Source of the DNA: the human T2T-CHM13v2.0 reference genome, Homo sapiens
Assembly: GCF_009914755.1 (NCBI RefSeq)
Contig: NC_060928.1
Reading direction: 5' to 3' (one strand)
Length of the DNA stretch: 64,000 nt
Numbering within the stretch: position 1 is the first letter of the stretch; each line of letters begins with the position of its first letter. Made by a program: the position numbers and the translations under genes. The notes under the pieces are model-generated. The model was given only the letters and a program-made list of their open reading frames with translations, had not been told where the DNA came from and made no database searches. Shown piece after piece: positions 1 to 13,420 of the stretch.

Positions 1-774
1 TCAAATATCTTGTGGAAGGAAATTTAATCCTAATGAATGAGACTCAGACACATTTCTATTTAATTATAGTTCAGAAATAAATATTGAAATCAGTGGTTAT
101 ATTTACTTGTTACACATTATGTAAGAAATGAGAAAATGCAGCCATTTTGTTGTTTCTTTACATGTATAGATAACATAAAATAACAGATTGCTCATATTTA
201 CAGTATTAGTGACTAAGAAATGATGAAGGCTGAAAAAAAACAAAGAATGCTCTTCCAAAAATATTCATGCAACTGTGTTAATGAATTCTGATTAACAATA
301 TTCAAGTAACTTTATGAGCTGTAGAACGACAACTTTGACTTAGTCTGGTTCTTTGAACTGATGTGCATAGTCTTCAGAAATCAATCAATGACACTTCTGA
401 CTTTTAACTCTGTTCTTAGATTGTGCCTTACTCAATTTTTTATATCCTCTGTAAAGTCCAAAAGGCTATAAAACATGTAGTAGTTCTTCCTCATTTGATT
501 ACTTTTATTCTCTCTACTTCTTAACTGCAGTTAATCTTCCAAGCTTTGACAATAAAAATGGATTCTATGTAAGGATTTATTATCCAAAGTTAGGTAGTCA
601 CTGGAGAATGCTATTCTCCCTGGTTTTAAAAATCTATCAGTCAGTGTCATACGCTACCCACCAAACTACTCAGGTGATAGTTTTAAAGGATTTTGGGGGA
701 AGAGATTTTACAAAAATCAATAGCTCTGTTTCAAAAGTGTTGTAAAAGTTTGGAAGATACTGCTCTGTATCTTT

Positions 775-1410
<636 letters not shown>

Positions 1411-2550
1411 GAAAAAAACCTAAAAATCATGAAATATGTTCAATGCTACATAGAAAATTACAATTATTACTCACTGACAAAAAAAGTAAATAAAAGATAA
1501 ATCTAAATATTGCCAAAACAATATTTTAAGTACTTTTTTATGTAGTGTAACTCTTAGTAATATTTAAAGTGGCTTTTAAAATACCATAAGTTGATTCTGG
1601 AGATTATGATGAAGTATCAATAGTGAAAATGTTAGAGATTTATAGCTATGAATTTATATAATTCAATATTTAAAACTTTTAAATTTATTTTCAACATTTT
1701 TGTTTGTTTCTTTGTTGGCTGGATATATTTGCTTTCTTTAATTTTTCCCATATCTGATTCCTCATTATCTTTGAAAGTGAGAAACAGAGCATGAATCTGA
1801 AGAAGTCATACAAACGTGAGAAAGAAGTTGAGAAAGAGATTTTCCTGCGTAAGAAAATGCTGTGTTTGAAAAGTCTGTTGAAAGGTCAGTCTGAATATAA
1901 ATAGAAACTGGCAAGATGGAGTTCAAAGTGAGGCACATCAGTTAAAAGGGAACTATATGACAGAAGGGAAGGACAATGTTAAAAGATAAAGAATTAATAA
2001 TATAAATTGTCTCCATCTCTTATAAAACTTTAACAAAATGTACATTGATAGCTAAATTTTCTGATATTTTAATGGAATAAATAAGCTGAAATTCTTCTTT
2101 TACAAAACCAATTAAAATTCTCGTTGAATATATATTTCGATAATGAATAAATTCCAGCTAATTTTGCAAGAATTCAAAGAAATCATCAGAGAGCAAGAAA
2201 GAAGCAAGTGCCAATATATACGGAGAATGGTGGTTCTAGTCTATATTAAAACTTTATCCAAATAACACACCGGAATCTATAAGCAAAGCTTTTGCCAAAT
2301 GGTGAATTGGTTGAGATGACCATATTCCACATGACACCCACAGATTGGGCATCATCCTAAGAGAAATTGAATAAACTGCATAACAAAACTATAATAAAAA
2401 TACTGTCCAACAGAGTAGAAAATAACAATATTTGTTTGGATCAAATTTGATCTGAATAAAATGGAGAAAAACATGTCCCTTTGACTTTGTAGCCATCGAC
2501 TGGGTTTCACTTGGATTTGGGACCTGAGTTCATACTCTTCACATTCTCTG

Positions 2551-2601
2551 CAAACACACACACATACAACACACACACACACAGCACACACACACACACA
2601 C
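2551..2601. repeat. Interrupted (CA)n microsatellite
   Basis: cacacacacatacaacacacacacacacagcacacacacacacacac. Confidence 0.95.
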
Positions 2602-2623
2602 GTAAATTATATTACTCTATTTT

Positions 2624-3446
2624 ATTTTTATTTTGTTAGTTTTTATTTTAAGCTTAGTGGTACATGTGCAGGTTTGTTAAACAGGTAAATTGTATGTTTT
2701 AGGGTTTGGTGTACAGAACATTTCATCATCCAGGTAATTATCATAATATCTGATAGGTAGTTTTTAGATCCTCATCTTTCCACGTGCCTCCCCCATTGAG
2801 TAGGCCCTGGCATCTGTTGTTCCTTTCTTTGTGTCAGTGTGTACTCAATATTTAGCTCTCACTTATAAGTGAGAACATACGGTATTTGGTTTTCTGCTAC
2901 TGTGTCAGTTTGCTTAGGATAATGTCCTCCAGGTTTATCCATGTTGCTGTGATGGACATGATCTTTCTTTTTATGACTGCCTAGTATTCCATGATGTGTA
3001 CGTACCTCATTTTTTTTTTTTTATCCAGTCTGCTGTCAATGAGCATTTAGGTTGATTCTATGTCTTTGCTGTTCTGAATAGTGCCGTGATGAACATACAC
3101 ATGCATGTGTCTTTATAGTATAACGATTCATTTTCTTTCAGGTATATACCCACTAGTGGGGTTGCTAGGTTGAATGGTAATTTGTTTTAAGGTTTTCTAG
3201 AATTCTCCAAACTGCCGTCCAGTGTGGCTGACCTAATTCACACCCCGACTGGAAGTGTATGTGTTGCCTTTTCTCTGCAACCTCACCAGCATTTGCTATT
3301 TTTTTGACTTTTTAATAGTACCTATTCTGACCCTTGTGCGATAGTATCTCATTGTGGTTTTTATTTGCATTTCTCTAATGATTATTGGTGTTAAGCATTT
3401 TTTTCACATGCTTGTTGTCTGTATGTATGTCTTCTTTTGAAGTGTC
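2624..3446 (-). mobile_element. 5'-truncated L1 (older L1PA, about L1PA15/16) 3' end
   Basis: T-rich tail then tacatgtgcaggtttgtt...cacttataagtgagaacat...ctcattgtggtttt (L1 3'UTR and ORF2 C-terminus, antisense); probable TSD tactct(a/t)tttt at 2613-2623 and 3447-3457. Confidence 0.92.
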
Positions 3447-3576
3447 TACTCTTTTTTAACTGCTTTAGACATATGGCAGGGACAGAAGCCAATCTCTGCA
3501 AGATGAAAATATTCTAAATTGGGAACTTAAATAATGACAATTTCTAATGAAAAATTTGTCAAGAATCACAAAACAT

Positions 3577-3901
3577 GGATGAAGCTGGAAACCATCGTTC
3601 TCAGCAAACTATCGCAAGGACAAAAATCCAAACACCGCATGTTCTCACTCATAGGTGAGAACTGAACAATGAGAACACATGGACGCACGAAGGGGAACAT
3701 CACACACCGGGGCCTGTTGTGGGGTGGGGGGAGCGGGGAGGGACAGCATTAAGAGATATACCTAATGCTAAATGACGAGTTCATGGGTGCAGCACACCAA
3801 CATGGCACATGTATACATATGTAACAAACCTGCACTTTGTGCACATGTGCCTTAGAACTTAAAGCATAATAAAATAAATAAATAAATAAAAATAAATAAA
3901 T
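3577..3901 (+). mobile_element. Short 5'-truncated young L1PA (about L1PA3/4) 3' end
   Basis: ggatgaagctggaaaccatc...aaactatcgcaaggac...gctaaatgacgag...; (TAAA)n tail; perfect 13-bp TSD aatcacaaaacat at 3564-3576 and 3902-3914. Confidence 0.95.
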
Positions 3902-4099
3902 AATCACAAAACATCATACAAATTTTCTTAACAGTAGACAAAAAATTGTGTAAAATAATATCAGAATTTAAGACTTCAAAAACAAAAATCTTACATTATA
4001 GGCTATTATATCACTATAGTTGGTATTTAAAAGAAATGAAAATTTATTTAATTATCATAATACCGTTATAAATACCAGACATATTTGAAAATGATAACA

Positions 4100-4650
4100 A
4101 AGTCCCGAAACTCTCAAATTCAGATGATAACTTGTTAATAATGATAATATTTAAAATTAAAATTATGGGTTTAAGCAGCCAATTTGGCACAGTTGAAGAA
4201 GAAAAGTAGTGCAGAAGAAAATAGACCTGAAGAAATTAAACAAAATGCAATGCAGAGAAACAGAGATCAAAATTATGAAGAAAGAGTACAGATATTTGGA
4301 AGATATTTGGAGAAGGACCGACCTTAACATAGAAAAACTTCCAGGAGAGAATAATATTATCACAATTTTTTTTAATAAAGAAGAGTTAAGAACCATACTG
4401 TTAGATATATAAAGCACAACAAATTCTAAGATAATGAAAAAAATATAAACCTAGATACTATTTTACTTAAAAACTGACAAAGATTACTTTTATCAGTAAT
4501 ACTAGAACCCAGAACCAGTGAAGATTATTTTTGGGAAATATAATGGTCTACCTAAAATTCCATTAAAATGTGTGAAATAATATTTTAAAAATATAAAATG
4601 ATTACATTTCCAGATTAAAAATTGAGTTTTTCACTAAATGAACTTAAAGG
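4100..4650 (+). mobile_element. Ancient L1M/HAL1-like ORF1 remnant
   Basis: gaagaaaatagacctgaagaaattaaacaaaatgcaatgcagaga...ggaagatatttggagaagg...ccaggagaga; ORF 4209-4412 gives LEDIWRRTDLNIEKLPGE, similar to the L1 ORF1p motif 'RR.Ni.i.giPE'. Confidence 0.6.
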
Positions 4651-4942
4651 TAAAGAGTTTATAACACAAAGGTTTGAGAGCTACATTTTACTATGCTGTT
4701 ATATTATATATATATATAATTTTTCACACCTACATGACTTTTGATTTTTCCTGAAGTTAATCATTAACCACATTTTTTCAAAAATGTGATTACCTTTATG
4801 CATATTTACTACACTTTCAATTTGTGACTTACTGCTATTTTTTATTGGTACATTCAAATGTCATCAATAATTTTCAGTTTCAGCCCTTAAAGATGAAATT
4901 TTAAATATGAAAAGTTAAACTATAAAGGTCCAATTTGAAGTC

Positions 4943-5250
4943 TGCAATGGACTGAAAGTTGGTATTGCCTTGAAATTCATATGTTGAAATCAAGATAGAA
5001 CCCTCATGAATGGGATTAGTGCTCTCATAAAAGGGACCCCAGAGGGCTAGCTTGTTCCCTTTCCACCTAGTGAGGATAAAATGAGAAGAGAACAGTTTGC
5101 AACACAGAAGAAAGCCCTCACCAGAATTTGACCACGTTGGCCCTCTAATCTTAGACTTTCAGATTCCATTTCTATGAGAAATAAATTTCTTTTTTTTGTA
5201 AACTCTTCAATCTATGATATTTTGTAACAGTAAGTCAAACTACTATGACA
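4943..5250 (+). mobile_element. MaLR solo LTR, MLT1A-like, with internal deletion
   Basis: tgcaatggactgaa...aattcatatgttgaaatc...catgaatgggattagtgctctcataaaagggaccccagag...gagaaataaatttc...gaca; TG...CA termini. Confidence 0.85.
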
Positions 5251-5450
5251 GAGACTTTTAATCTGTTTCAGTCTCACCTTTATTACCTTTGCCACTCTTT
5301 TTCCAAAATCTCCATTGATTCTACACAGATTTCGAGCACAGAAAAACTATAATGTTTTCATCTCTCCCTTTGGATCATTTCTCTGATTTCTGTATCTGTT
5401 TATGTCTCTGTTTTTGAAATGTGCATTCTATAGCAATTTTTAGAGCAAAG

Positions 5451-6222
5451 TATATCTTAATTTGAGTTTTCTAGAAACAGTTATAAGAGGAGTTCTGCTT
5501 TTGTTTTTTATTTGAATGAATCCTTGCCATAAAAATAAATGACAGAAGCAGGATAGAACATTAGAAAAAGACTAAGCAAGGGTGGCATTCTAGCAAGTGT
5601 CTGATACCTTGGAGCACTCTGGAATTTATATCCCTGAGTTGATCTCACTTTTCTTTCCTTTCTTTTTTCTTTGAGACGGAGTTTCACTCTGTTGCCCAGG
5701 CTGAAGTGTAGTGATGCAATCTTGACTCACTTTGACCTCCATCTTCCGGGTTCAAGCAATTCTCCTGCCTCACCCTCCTGAATAGGTGGGACTACAGGCA
5801 CCTGCCACTATGCCCAGCTAATTTTTGTATTTTTTGTGGGGGAGATGGGGGAGATGGGGGAGACGGGGTTTCACCATGTTGGCCAGGCTAGTCTTGAACT
5901 CCTGACCTCAGGTAATCCACCCTCTTCGACCTTCCAAAGTGCTGGGATTACAGGTGTGAGCCACCGTGCATGGCCTGATCCCACTTTTTAATCCAAGGAA
6001 ACTAACATTTTGTAACTTCATATCAGTTTGTCAAAGTCTGCCTGTTGCCACTTTGGAGGTGTTGTAGCATAATCTCTCAGGAGAGCTGGCCCTTTTAACC
6101 CAGAACAATGCTGAGAGGAGTACAGCAAAAGAATCATTAGAAGGTATCACTATTAGCACCTGGTAGGTAGGTACAACTGGCAGTAAAGAAAATCAAGATA
6201 AATAGCTGAGTGCATCCACTAA
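5451..6222 (-). mobile_element. Old ERVL LTR (LTR33/LTR16-like), split by an Alu
   Basis: tcttaatttgagttttctagaaacag...tttatttgaatgaatcc start and ...gtgcatccactaa end resemble antisense LTR33-family termini; directly adjacent to ERVL internal remnant. Confidence 0.45.
5653..5975 (-). mobile_element. Alu SINE, AluSx-like, with internal G-rich tandem expansion
   Basis: gagacggagtttcactctgttgcccaggctg...cctgacctcaggtaatcc...ccaccgtgcatggcc; TSD tgatc(t/c)cactttt at 5640-5652 and 5976-5988. Confidence 0.95.
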
Positions 6223-7770
6223 GATTTGTTTAATTGAACTTATTCTTCATATTCATAATCCATCTAGTTGCATATTTTCCAGAATTGTTGTTGGTCAGAT
6301 TGCTGGGAATGCTTAGAAGAGACAGGATAGCAGATTTAATTAAATATTTCACTGCTGTTGTTGGTTGCAGGCCACTGCTGCAGTTAATTAGGACAACTGA
6401 CACTTTTCCTCCATCCCAAATTTTAGACTCTTCTCCATCTGGCATAGCAGCACTTCTTGTCTAGTTGTTGACCTTGTAGAGTGAACCAGACCTGCACTAT
6501 TGAGGGTTCTGAGACCTGGATCCCATGCCCTTATCAGGCTGTGATTGCTGCACTTGTCCATTTTTAGTTGCAACTACACATAAGAGTAAAAAGAGTCATT
6601 CCATTTGGTTACTTAGGTCTCAAGCACATTCCTCCTCTTCCCCATTGTTTGTATCGATGACCTTGAATTGCCATCTAAAGATGATAACTCAGCTGTACTT
6701 TAAAAGGCTATTTGTTTAAGCCTCTTTGGTAAGAACAGTAGATCTGTGATCATGAGTACACTGCTGAATCACCATTTCTGTAATGCAGCACACTTAATCT
6801 GAAGCAAAGTCATGTAGGATTAATGTCAGCAGATCAGACATTCTCTGAACTGTTGAATAGAGTTACTGCCTGTGATATTACAGTCCCAAAGGCAAACATA
6901 TTCCAACATGGTGTCAATTCTGAGCAGGATAAAATATTTTTCTTTCAACGTTAGTAAGGGTCTTATGTAATCAACTTGTCATCAAGTGGCTGGTCGGCCT
7001 CTTTGGTCTCTGTTGGCTACCAGTTGGACATTCAGCAGCGACAATAGCCAGATATAGCTTGGTGAAAGAGAACTCATACTTTTGGACTCAAGGGCAATCA
7101 TCATTTTTAATAAACTTGTTTTCTATAATAATAATCCTCTTACAAAAGCGCAGTGTTGACTAAAGATACAGCTAGACTAACTTCTCACTGAGTTATTCTG
7201 TCAACATAGTTTGATGTTGCCACTGAAGGATTCGGTGTTCTTGGTGGAATATGAAGGTACTCACACTTTATATGTACATCTCTGAGTCCCTCCACATGCC
7301 TCTCTCTGAGACTTCCCAATCTCTCATCTTCTAATCGTACTTCTAGACCCTTGACCAATCATCTAAACCAGTATCCATTATTGATATTGCTTGAGAGATG
7401 TGATTAGGCTGAAAAAAAACAGCCCTTTCAGAATTTCTGAACTTTTACAATTAAGTCCTATTCTGGTAGTCAGATAATTCTGCCCTCTATTTGCATATAT
7501 AGATCCCTTTAAGTACTCTGAAGTCTTCTCATGCTCACTATGCTTTAAATTTCTGATTAGTAGATTTAAACTTACCATTTTTTATCACAAGAATTACAAT
7601 TAAATTCTTAACAGCTTCAACAATCACTGGCACTCCAGGGTTTCAGTAAACAATAGCTGTTATTATTCCTAAATTTGACCACCATCAATTCTCTTTAATT
7701 CCAAACCAGGAGGATGAACTTCCTCCTTTTTCAAGTCCAAGTGTCACCTCAGGGAGCAAGTCTAGAAGAC
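6223..7770 (-). mobile_element. Degraded ERVL-type internal sequence (pol-region remnant)
   Basis: Antisense motifs such as tggacaagtgcagcaatcacagcctgataagggcat resemble ERVL pol; no intact ORF. Confidence 0.45.
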
Positions 7771-7959
7771 AACTTATATGATTGATGTCAAATCTTTCAA
7801 GATTGCCTATTTTTAATCATGTAATAATTTTTATTTTATTACTATTTTATTTTTATAAAATGTTTGGATATTTCTATTTGATTAAAAAAAATATTTTTCA
7901 TTATATTCCAGCAATACTTTGTAAATATTTTTTACTTCCTGAAGTCCCTCTTTTAGGCT

Positions 7960-8400
7960 TCACTTTAGGGAAGAAGACTTTGGTATAAATTTTCTCAATT
8001 TTTATCTATAAATGTTGAGATTTAACTTTGCTCCTAAATGATAGTTTTGTTCATATGTGTTGACAACTATTTCTCTCAAAATTTGTAGTTATTCTCTACT
8101 GTTTTTCTGTTTTCCATTATTTTTGTTGAAAGATCTGTTATTCTTTCTTTTTTTCTTTCCTTTATATGCAACCTCTCCTTTTCCATTGGTTACCTTTAAG
8201 ATTTTGTCTTTGTTATCAGTGTTCCTTAGTTCCATTCAACGTATCTGATTTCTTTACACTGATTTTGTTTATAATACTCTGTACTTCCGAAATTAGTGGA
8301 TTCGTGCTGTATGAATCTAGAAAAATCCACAATTATCTCTTTAAATAATTTCTTTCTTACATTTTTCCCCATTTTTCTCCTTCTCATGGAGAAGGCTTAG
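7960..8400 (-). mobile_element. Ancient L1M ORF1-region remnant
   Basis: ttccattggttacctttaagattttgtctttg...agaaaaatccacaattatctctttaaataatttc is typical of antisense old L1 ORF1. Confidence 0.45.
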
Positions 8401-8989
8401 AATAACTTCTTCCTCCTTTATCATTACAGGGATCAATAGTCCACACATTGTGTTTCAGGACATCTCTACTTGTTTCTTTGCTGTGGTCCAGGATAGTCTC
8501 CTACTCCTCACTCCCACTCCTGCCCCAGCATGTATGGTTCTTGCCTCCAGAGGTCCCAGATTTTTCTCTCTATTCTGATCCATGTTTACCTCTGAGTTTA
8601 GCAGCTTGGAATCCTGTCTATCTCTTAGCTGCAGTGGGCTAAGTTCCCATTCTCGGTTTCATTATTACACAGCATTCTGAGAGAACTCTCCTACAGTTTT
8701 CTGAGACCAGACACTGGCTTTCAATACTTTTTTAAATGATCCATAGTATAAAATGTATAACATATATTATTCCAGCCTGAAAGTAGGTTCACAAAATATG
8801 GATATACTTTTATTCTATTTATATATTTTTATTCTAACCTATCCTTCCCTAACTTATGTTTTCTATTACATTTTAACATGATCATGCTTCTATACTAACT
8901 TCAAGTTTTGTAACTGGTAACCAAAATGTTTGAAAATGCATTGTTCTAATAGCTTTATATGTCATATACACTGTAAAGATTTTATTTTT

Positions 8990-9930
8990 TTTATTTCTAG
9001 CCTCATCTTCTTTCCTGAGACTCATATCTTCAAATACCACTCCTAACTTTGCGTATTCACTTGAATGTCTATACATTTAACTTATTACAAACCAAATACT
9101 ATTTTCTCTCACTAGTATTATCAAATTTCCTCTATTATCCATCTTTTTCATCTCAAATAATGATAATTTTATAATTTCAGTTGCTTAGACCAAATAAATG
9201 CAATCATCTTTTTCTCTTGCTTTCACATCTCAAAATATTCAGAAAATTTTCAATGTTCTACTTTTAAAATACCATCATAATCTTATGATTGTTTTTATCT
9301 CTCTCTTATCAAACTCTAATTTAAGCCACCATATCCATAGACCACAAGAGGCTTAGAATGGCTCTGTCTGCTTCCATGTGCTCTACATAAGCCCATCTCA
9401 ACAAGCAGCCATTAAGATATATTGGAAATCTAAATAAAAGTATACAGTTTTTCCACTCAAGACATATTATAGCTTTTCATCTCATTCAGAGACTTTCCAT
9501 GGCCTAATTGGCCATAATTAATACCCCATTCGTATGCTAACAATGATTTTTTTTGTCTTTCATCACACTTCCATTTGTTAATACTGCTCCAGTTGGTTTG
9601 GTTTTCTTGTATTTCCTCAAAATGACCAATCAATTTATTTTAGTGGAAATATTTTTTCCTCACAAACATATGGACAGTCCCCTCACTTTTTCCAGTGTTT
9701 CCTTAAATACCAACTTATTACAATATATTTCCTGCCTTATCAATGTAAAATAATATTATTCCCCATAACTCTTTTTCTAATTGCACCACTATACTTTTTC
9801 CTTGTAGTTTCTATGACTTCAAATGGGTTTATTTGTTCACTTTTTATTCCTGGCTGTCTTCATTAGAATATAATTTCTGTTTATTGCTGCATTTCAAGAC
9901 TTAGAAAAAGTGTACCACGTAGCAGGCACT
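8990..9930 (+). mobile_element. L2 LINE remnant
   Basis: cacttgaatgtct...catctcaaataatg...cagttgcttagacc...; 3' end gtaccacgtagcaggcact. Confidence 0.6.
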
Positions 9931-9945
9931 ATCCTATACCTATAG

Positions 9946-10360
<415 letters not shown>

Positions 10361-10489
10361 CCCTCTCTCTTAAATTTCACAATTGCAGATATTCTAATAA
10401 ACTTAGACAAATTCTATTTATTTTTATTTTTAAAAGCTAGTTTATTCTAAAAGCCTGTGACTCTTTGACATTCTTTTGTTTAGGTCTGG

Positions 10490-11150
10490 TTATATTAAGG
10501 TGTAATTTACAAATAAAAATTGTATATACTCAAGATGTACAACATGATGATTTTATATACTTATGCTTTGTATAACTATTACTACAATTGAAATAACCAA
10601 CATATCCAACATTACAGTTACCCTTTGCATGTGTGTGTGGTAAGAAGACAAGATCTACCTTCTTAGTAAATTTAAAGTAAACAATACAGTATTATGATTG
10701 TGACAATTTGTCCATTAGCTCTCCAAAATGTAGACATCTTATAACTGAAAGTTTGCACCTTTGACTATCGTCTCCCCATTTTCCTCATGCCCCAGCTTCG
10801 GACAATCATTGTTCTACTCTGTTTCTATGAGTTTAACGGTTTTTACATCCTACACATAAGTGAGATCACACTGTATTTGTCTTTTTACGTCTGGCTTATT
10901 TCACTTAGCATGATGTCCTCCAGGATCATGCATGTTACCACAAATGACAGTTTTTTATTTTTATGGATGAATACTATCTTATTATGTAGGTATACACATT
11001 TTCATTATCAATTTATCTGTGGGCAGACACTTAGGTTGTTTCCATATCTTGGCTATTGCAGATATTTCTTTGAGATCTTGATTTTATTTTTTTTAAGATA
11101 CTATACACGGAAGTGGGACTGTTGGATCCTATGGTAGTTCTAATTTTAAT
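10490..11150 (-). mobile_element. L1MA-type (about L1MA8-10) 3' end
   Basis: aaataaaaattgtatatactcaagatgtacaacatgatg...ggcttatttcacttagcatgatgtcctccagg...ggatcctatggtagttct. Confidence 0.85.
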
Positions 11151-11289
11151 TTTAATATTTTTATGCATAATTTGTCTTACCTCCTATTAAATGGTATCAT
11201 AACAACCATGTATTGAAACTCTAAGTTTAAACTAGCTTTTGCTCATTTTAAAAAATTATATAATAGCCTTCAAAAAGAAACTTAGGCTT

Positions 11290-11400
11290 CTTTAAGAAGT
11301 AAATATGGTTTACAAAGGCTAGAAGTAACAGAGTTTGAGATGCACATTTTAATTCAGAATTGCTTTATTCCAAAGCCTATGTTCTTAATCATTCTAGCAT
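11290..11400 (-). mobile_element. MIR remnant
   Basis: aagtaacagag...ttaattcaga...ttccaaagcctatgttcttaatc resembles the antisense MIR core. Confidence 0.45.
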
Positions 11401-13344
11401 ATTGTAATATATGCTAGAAAGTATCTCAAACATGTTCGTGTTTATACTTACTGATATAATTTAATATTAATACTTTTAAATCATTTATTTAATATTCTTT
11501 CATGATATCTATTTCATGAGCCATATCCACATAAGTATAAATAACTCATGAATGTATCTAACAAAATTGTTTCATGACACAGTCCTGTAGTTCAATGTGA
11601 TTTTTACAGATGAACTGAAAGAGTTCACTAGTTGTTAATGGTATCGTTTTTTTTTTCCTCATCTCCACCTTTCATTCTTTCTAGCCTATAAGCTTAATTA
11701 AAGTATTTAAAATATTTGTGGGTTTATTTCATAGAAATAAATATATAGGTAATATTTAAAACTAATAAAGATTTTTATGGCTATATTATGAACTTCCACA
11801 AGGCAATAAATCATGCTATTATTGGACTTTTAAGTCTGTCCTCAATATTAAGCTCTAAAATAGCAAAAAAAAAAAAAAATAGAAAAGAAAAAAATTCCAA
11901 AAATAAGCAAAAAAATCCCCAAAACTAAGCAAGATTCTCCCATAAGATTTCACTATTAATTTACCTATTTTTATAACATGATTCTTAATAAAGCACTGAT
12001 AATACAATATTTTATTAATAAAATTTCATAAAATATGTTGTTTAAACTTAATAAGAATGATGAGCTCTTTTTATTGGCATTCTTATTTAACTGCATATCT
12101 CTTTTCTTTTTAACCATAGCGAAGTTTGCAGAACAGATGCCAATATTAGAAATATTAGATTACTAAATGTCAGAATTATTAAAAGTGAATTTCTTTTTCA
12201 TTTTAATGCATCTTCATAAGGAAACTTCAGAATAATTTAATTATTTTATTAAAATTACATAAATGACATTAATTTAATTATACCACTGTCATCGTTGGAC
12301 ATGTAAAGGAATTTGACAAGATAATTGAATGTTTGTATTTTCTGACTCCTTACTGCTGCAGCAACATATGTAGCTACTTCTTAATCATGATTAAGCTTCA
12401 TGGTTAGTTACTCTGATCATTATTAAATACTATCATTATTGTGTATTAGGTTTCAAAGTATTAAATTTAAGGTAGAAGAAATGCACCCATGGACAGCCTC
12501 CATTACTCAGGCATATGAATTCTATTTAAATGGTGATTAAGTATATTTACAGCATGTATTTTACAGGCGTTAAAAAGAACTCTACTTAAAACTAAAGTAA
12601 AATATTTTGCAATTTAAGTTTTCTTTCTTCCTTTCAAGTTACAGTCTTCAGCTAAGACTTACGTGCCTCCATAACACAATATCTAGAGCTTTACTTTTTT
12701 TATTTATCCACAATTTCTTCTATTTTTTGTAGTTGTGGTCGTGATGCAAGAACCTCAGTTTGAATTTGATTTTTGTTCTAGATTCATCATGAAATGTATG
12801 AAAGTTGACTTTAATGGGAAATTCTCATGTGCGGCCATATGGAAAGAACTACACTGTAGATTTTCAACCTGGTTATATATGCTGCATATCTTGTTTGACT
12901 CTAGATGGTCCTCATGTGTCCACTCTGGTCTAAGGAAAACAGAGCCTAGGACCCGAGTGGAGCACGCCTCTGATTACTGACTCCATTGCTATCCTATCAT
13001 TCTTCCAGTTCTGATACTTTTATTCTTAGACTCCCTCAACGTGTTTGTTAATTCTTCTTCCCCTAATCCCTTTAATATATCTAATTTGAGGGAAAAATGA
13101 GATGCTTTCTTTCCATCCACTCTTCATAACCTGTTGCTAAAGGCACAAACTTAATGTCCTGTGTCCTATGTTAGATTAAAAACAAACAAAAAAACCTAAA
13201 ATAACAAAAAACAAAGGTATTATTTGGAAATGCAAAAATACCTTATCTGATTTTTAGTGCATTTTTCTTCCCCTAGAATTCTGGCTGATTAAAATAAGGT
13301 AGCTGTTTGGCAAAAACCTCACTTGGTACCTGTAAATATTAACT

Positions 13345-13420
13345 TCTCATATATCACTATTATTTAGCACAGTTCCTGACACATATGAAGTGCTGAACAA
13401 ATTTTAGCTATTATTATTGT
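13345..13420 (+). mobile_element. MIR 3' remnant
   Basis: atttagcacagttcctgacacatatgaagtgctgaacaaattttagctattattatt. Confidence 0.6.

Noticed and set aside
3711-3742. G-quadruplex-like G-run cluster
   Set aside because: Standard G-rich tract of the L1PA 3'UTR; already known.
7782-8348. Hydrophobic F/L/I-rich ORFs resembling membrane peptides (also 10787, 37304, 62626)
   Set aside because: Compositional artefact of T-rich antisense L1 or AT-rich DNA.
12733-12980. 81-aa ORF following a pyrimidine tract and AG as a candidate coding exon
   Set aside because: No recognisable protein similarity, no convincing donor site, and the 3' part looks LTR-derived.
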